Source: a virus (lineage: Duplodnaviria; Caudoviricetes). From it: DNA of 24,180 nt. The stretch is taken from the IMG/VR virus record IMGVR_UViG_3300014862_000005, positions 1 to 24,180 of that record; one strand, given 5' to 3'. This document shows, in pieces, positions 23,215 through 24,180 of this stretch (the stretch's first letter is position 1; every line of letters begins with the position of its first letter). The position numbers and the translations under genes were made by a program. The notes beneath the pieces were generated by a model. The model did no database searches. It saw nothing but the letters and a program-made list of their open reading frames with translations, and was not told where the DNA came from.

Positions 23215-23822
23215 TACAGCCCCCACTTCTCCCGGACACGCTTCATCGCGTCGTGGAAGCCGGTCAAATGGTCCGGGTCGCGCGAGTTGTTGGTGTTGTG
23301 CGCCACCAACTCATGCCCGCCGTCGAGGCAGTAGTTCGGCAGGCCGCGGGCGAGCATCTGCGAGCAGGCGTCGTGGTCGTAGCCGTGCCAGCCGCCGATC
23401 GTCTCGTCCCAGTCCACGTTGTGGACGGTGGCGAGGAGCAGCCCGTCGAGGAACGTGCAGGGCCCGCCGCCACCGAAACCCAGCACGCCGAGACGGCCGT
23501 CGACGACGGACCCGAGGCATACCCCGTTCCACCACGGGTAGGTGCGGCTCCGGCTCCCGATCAGGCCCACCATGCCAACCGCTTCGGTGGCGTAATCGAG
23601 TAGTCCCGTCCGTAGCCGGGGAAGGTCAAGAACTTGCACGTCGTGGTGGGCGTAGCAGCGGACCTGGTAGTCGGCCTTGGCCTGACCTTCGTTGTACGCC
23701 ACCGCGATCGACGGGGCGTTCTCCACGACGATCACCTGATCGGAGCCGACGTCAACCATGGACGCGGCGAAGTTCTTCAGGAGAATCGTCGGATCGTGGG
23801 AGGCGACGATCCACGAGATCAT
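23214..23822 (-). CDS. Glycosyltransferase-like protein, GT-A (Glyco_tranf_2_5-like)
   Basis: SIAVAYNEG, HHDV, GMVGLIG, LDGLLLAT, WHGYDHDAC motifs; ATGA-coupled start. Confidence 0.8.
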   Translation of the reverse strand: MISWIVASHDPTILLKNFAASMVDVGSDQVIVVENAPSIAVAYNEGQAKADYQVRCYAHHDVQVLDLPRLRTGLLDYATEAVGMVGLIGSRSRTYPWWNGVCLGSVVDGRLGVLGFGGGGPCTFLDGLLLATVHNVDWDETIGGWHGYDHDACSQMLARGLPNYCLDGGHELVAHNTNNSRDPDHLTGFHDAMKRVREKWGL

Positions 23823-24180
23823 GAGCGCGAGGTGTAGTAGTAGTCCACCGTGACCTCGGGCACGAACACCCACGTCGCCCCGGCCAGCACCCAGGCCTGG
23901 ACGAGTTGCCAGTCGACGCAGTACTCCGACGGCACCGGCCACAGCCCGAACTTCAGGTGGGTATCCGCGCGCTGCATGAGGATCGACGAGTCGATCCCAC
24001 CGTGCTGTGGTGGTTCGGTCCCGATCTCGTCGCCGATGCCGTGCCGGTACATGCGCGAGTAGGCGAAGTCCCGGTCCGGGTTCGCCTCGAGCGCCGCCAC
24101 GAGACGCCCGATGTGCTGCGGGCGGAAAGCATTGTCGTCGTCGAGGTAGGCGATGAAGTCCCCGGTGGCCACCTCAAGGC
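23819..24180 (-). CDS. Glycosyltransferase family 2 (5' truncated by window)
   Basis: ATGDFIAYLDDDN DxD motif; frame open to the window edge. Confidence 0.85.
   Translation of the reverse strand, partial: LEVATGDFIAYLDDDNAFRPQHIGRLVAALEANPDRDFAYSRMYRHGIGDEIGTEPPQHGGIDSSILMQRADTHLKFGLWPVPSEYCVDWQLVQAWVLAGATWVFVPEVTVDYYYTSRS

Overview
High-GC actinobacterial temperate siphophage DNA (host possibly Micromonosporaceae-like; inferred). Left end: 3' part of a tyrosine integrase followed by an apparently intact attP (3' half of tRNA-Val(GAC) as core, paired arm-type repeats on both sides). 1-9.2 kb: accessory region with a GntR switch, micro-ORFs, a possible toxin-antitoxin pair and a small HTH gene. 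Divergent from the HTH gene is an RNA-rich transcription unit (4.6-7.0 kb). It has an rrn-type boxA-like leader, then tiny ORFs alternating with structured RNAs: two non-canonical tRNA-like elements, a solitary type I-E CRISPR repeat (candidate RNA anti-CRISPR) and a duplicated stem-loop module. Converging on it is a Ro60/TROVE gene preceded by two Y RNAs (one YrlA-type, one short). 9.2-24.2 kb (minus strand): late genes, namely glycosyltransferases interleaved with head-tail and tail genes, major tail protein, tail assembly chaperone with a -1 frameshift, tape measure, minor tail proteins, amidase endolysin, holin-like membrane proteins, an orphan DUF397 and a secreted beta-helix protein. The best candidate for a new system is the regulated 'RNA decoy island' at 4.3-9.1 kb. 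All calls come from reading the sequence by eye; no searches were run.
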